Source of the DNA: Clostridiales bacterium
Lineage (GTDB): Bacteria > Bacillota > Clostridia > Saccharofermentanales > Saccharofermentanaceae
DNA: 64,000 nucleotides
Assembly (NCBI GenBank): GCA_017561715.1
Contig: JAFZBN010000011.1
Coordinates: 18,294-82,293 of the forward strand
Reading direction: 5' to 3'
Shown piece by piece: positions 63,670 through 64,000 of the stretch. Below the pieces are notes generated by a model. The model saw only the letters and a program-made list of their open reading frames with translations. It did no database searches and was not told where the DNA came from. A program made the translations under genes and the position numbers. Each line of letters opens with the position of its first letter. Position 1 is the stretch's first letter.

Positions 63670-64000
63670 TTACTCCACCTCGAAAAGCACTTGTCCGGAT
63701 GCGACCGTGTCACCCTTGTTTACATAGAGTGCTTTTACCACACCGGCCTTCGGGCTGTTGATATCGTTTTCCATCTTCATGGCCTCGAGAACAACGACCG
63801 CTTCATCTGCGTTAACAGAATCGCCGACGTTCTTATTGACACGAAGGATCGTGCCCGGCATCGGAGCGTTAACGCTGCCTGCGCCACCAACTGCCGGTGC
63901 CGCGGAAGCCTTTGGAGCCGGAGCAGCGGCCGGAGCGGCCTTAGCAACCGGTGCGGCGACAGGTGCTTTTGCCGAGGAAGCGGACTTTGCTTCGCTCTCG
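63670..64000 (-). CDS. Biotin carboxyl carrier (biotinyl domain) protein, C-terminal part; the gene continues beyond the window end
   Basis: The C-terminal GTILRVNKNVGDSVNADEAVVVLEAMKMENDINSPKAGVVKALYV contains the biotinylation motif EAMKM. The frame stays open upstream through an Ala/Pro-rich linker to position 64000, so the M at 63861 is not the start. Confidence 0.8.
   Translation of the reverse strand, partial: ESEAKSASSAKAPVAAPVAKAAPAAAPAPKASAAPAVGGAGSVNAPMPGTILRVNKNVGDSVNADEAVVVLEAMKMENDINSPKAGVVKALYVNKGDTVASGQVLFEVE

Noticed and set aside
63670-63861. The track ORF start (Met at 63861) for the biotin carrier protein.
   Set aside because: The frame remains open through an Ala/Pro-rich linker up to the window edge at 64000. 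That is the normal architecture upstream of a biotinyl domain, so the gene is treated as truncated by the window.

Overview
Chromosomal segment with gene content and GGAGG-type ribosome-binding sites typical of a Gram-positive anaerobe. Clostridia, possibly Lachnospiraceae-like, is a guess only. All family calls come from reading the translated ORFs by eye; no searches were run. About 85 percent of the genes are on the minus strand. Contents, left to right: (1) a MacB/FtsX-type ABC exporter followed by a PadR-DUF1700-DUF4097 cassette with a consensus promoter; (2) a 637-bp non-coding stretch with an iterated 9-mer; (3) a hypothetical nuclease-fold protein that has a paralog 50 kb downstream; (4) a MATE exporter, rsfS, a nadD-yqeK fusion and a purE-purF-purN-purH-(two small envelope genes)-purD operon; (5) a CapA-like lipoprotein and a HEAT / ferredoxin-thioredoxin-reductase-like / thioredoxin group; (6) NUDIX, SDR, a B12-radical-SAM protein, PutP and a GH95 fucosidase; (7) a cell-envelope locus with a YidC-like/LtaS-like fusion protein translationally coupled to a TagF-like glycerophosphotransferase, convergent with a complete 2-aminoethylphosphonate (AEP) synthesis and activation cluster (LicC-like cytidylyltransferase, AEP transaminase, cytidylyltransferase-PEP mutase fusion, phosphonopyruvate decarboxylase); (8) two paralogous lipoproteins with proline-rich tails, tRNA-Pro(UGG), and HemZ-like, DUF3810, DUF1624, type II pantothenate kinase and serS genes; (9) a lipid-kinase-like / hybrid histidine kinase / REC-GGDEF operon; (10) GH43, a CBS-type family II pyrophosphatase, the second nuclease-fold paralog, a 61-bp tandem hairpin repeat array, an FtsX-ATPase-FtsX transporter, an NCS2 purine permease, and a carboxyltransferase plus biotin-carrier pair running off the window end. 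Most notable observations: the 10-mer CGAAAAGCAC/GTGCTTTTCG occurs 15 times and clusters at gene junctions; the YidC-LtaS-like fusion lies next to the phosphonate cluster; a hairpin repeat family is shared by two loci with compensatory stem changes; and the nuclease-fold paralogs each sit next to a repeat array. No CRISPR array, rRNA, transposase, integrase or prophage genes were seen.
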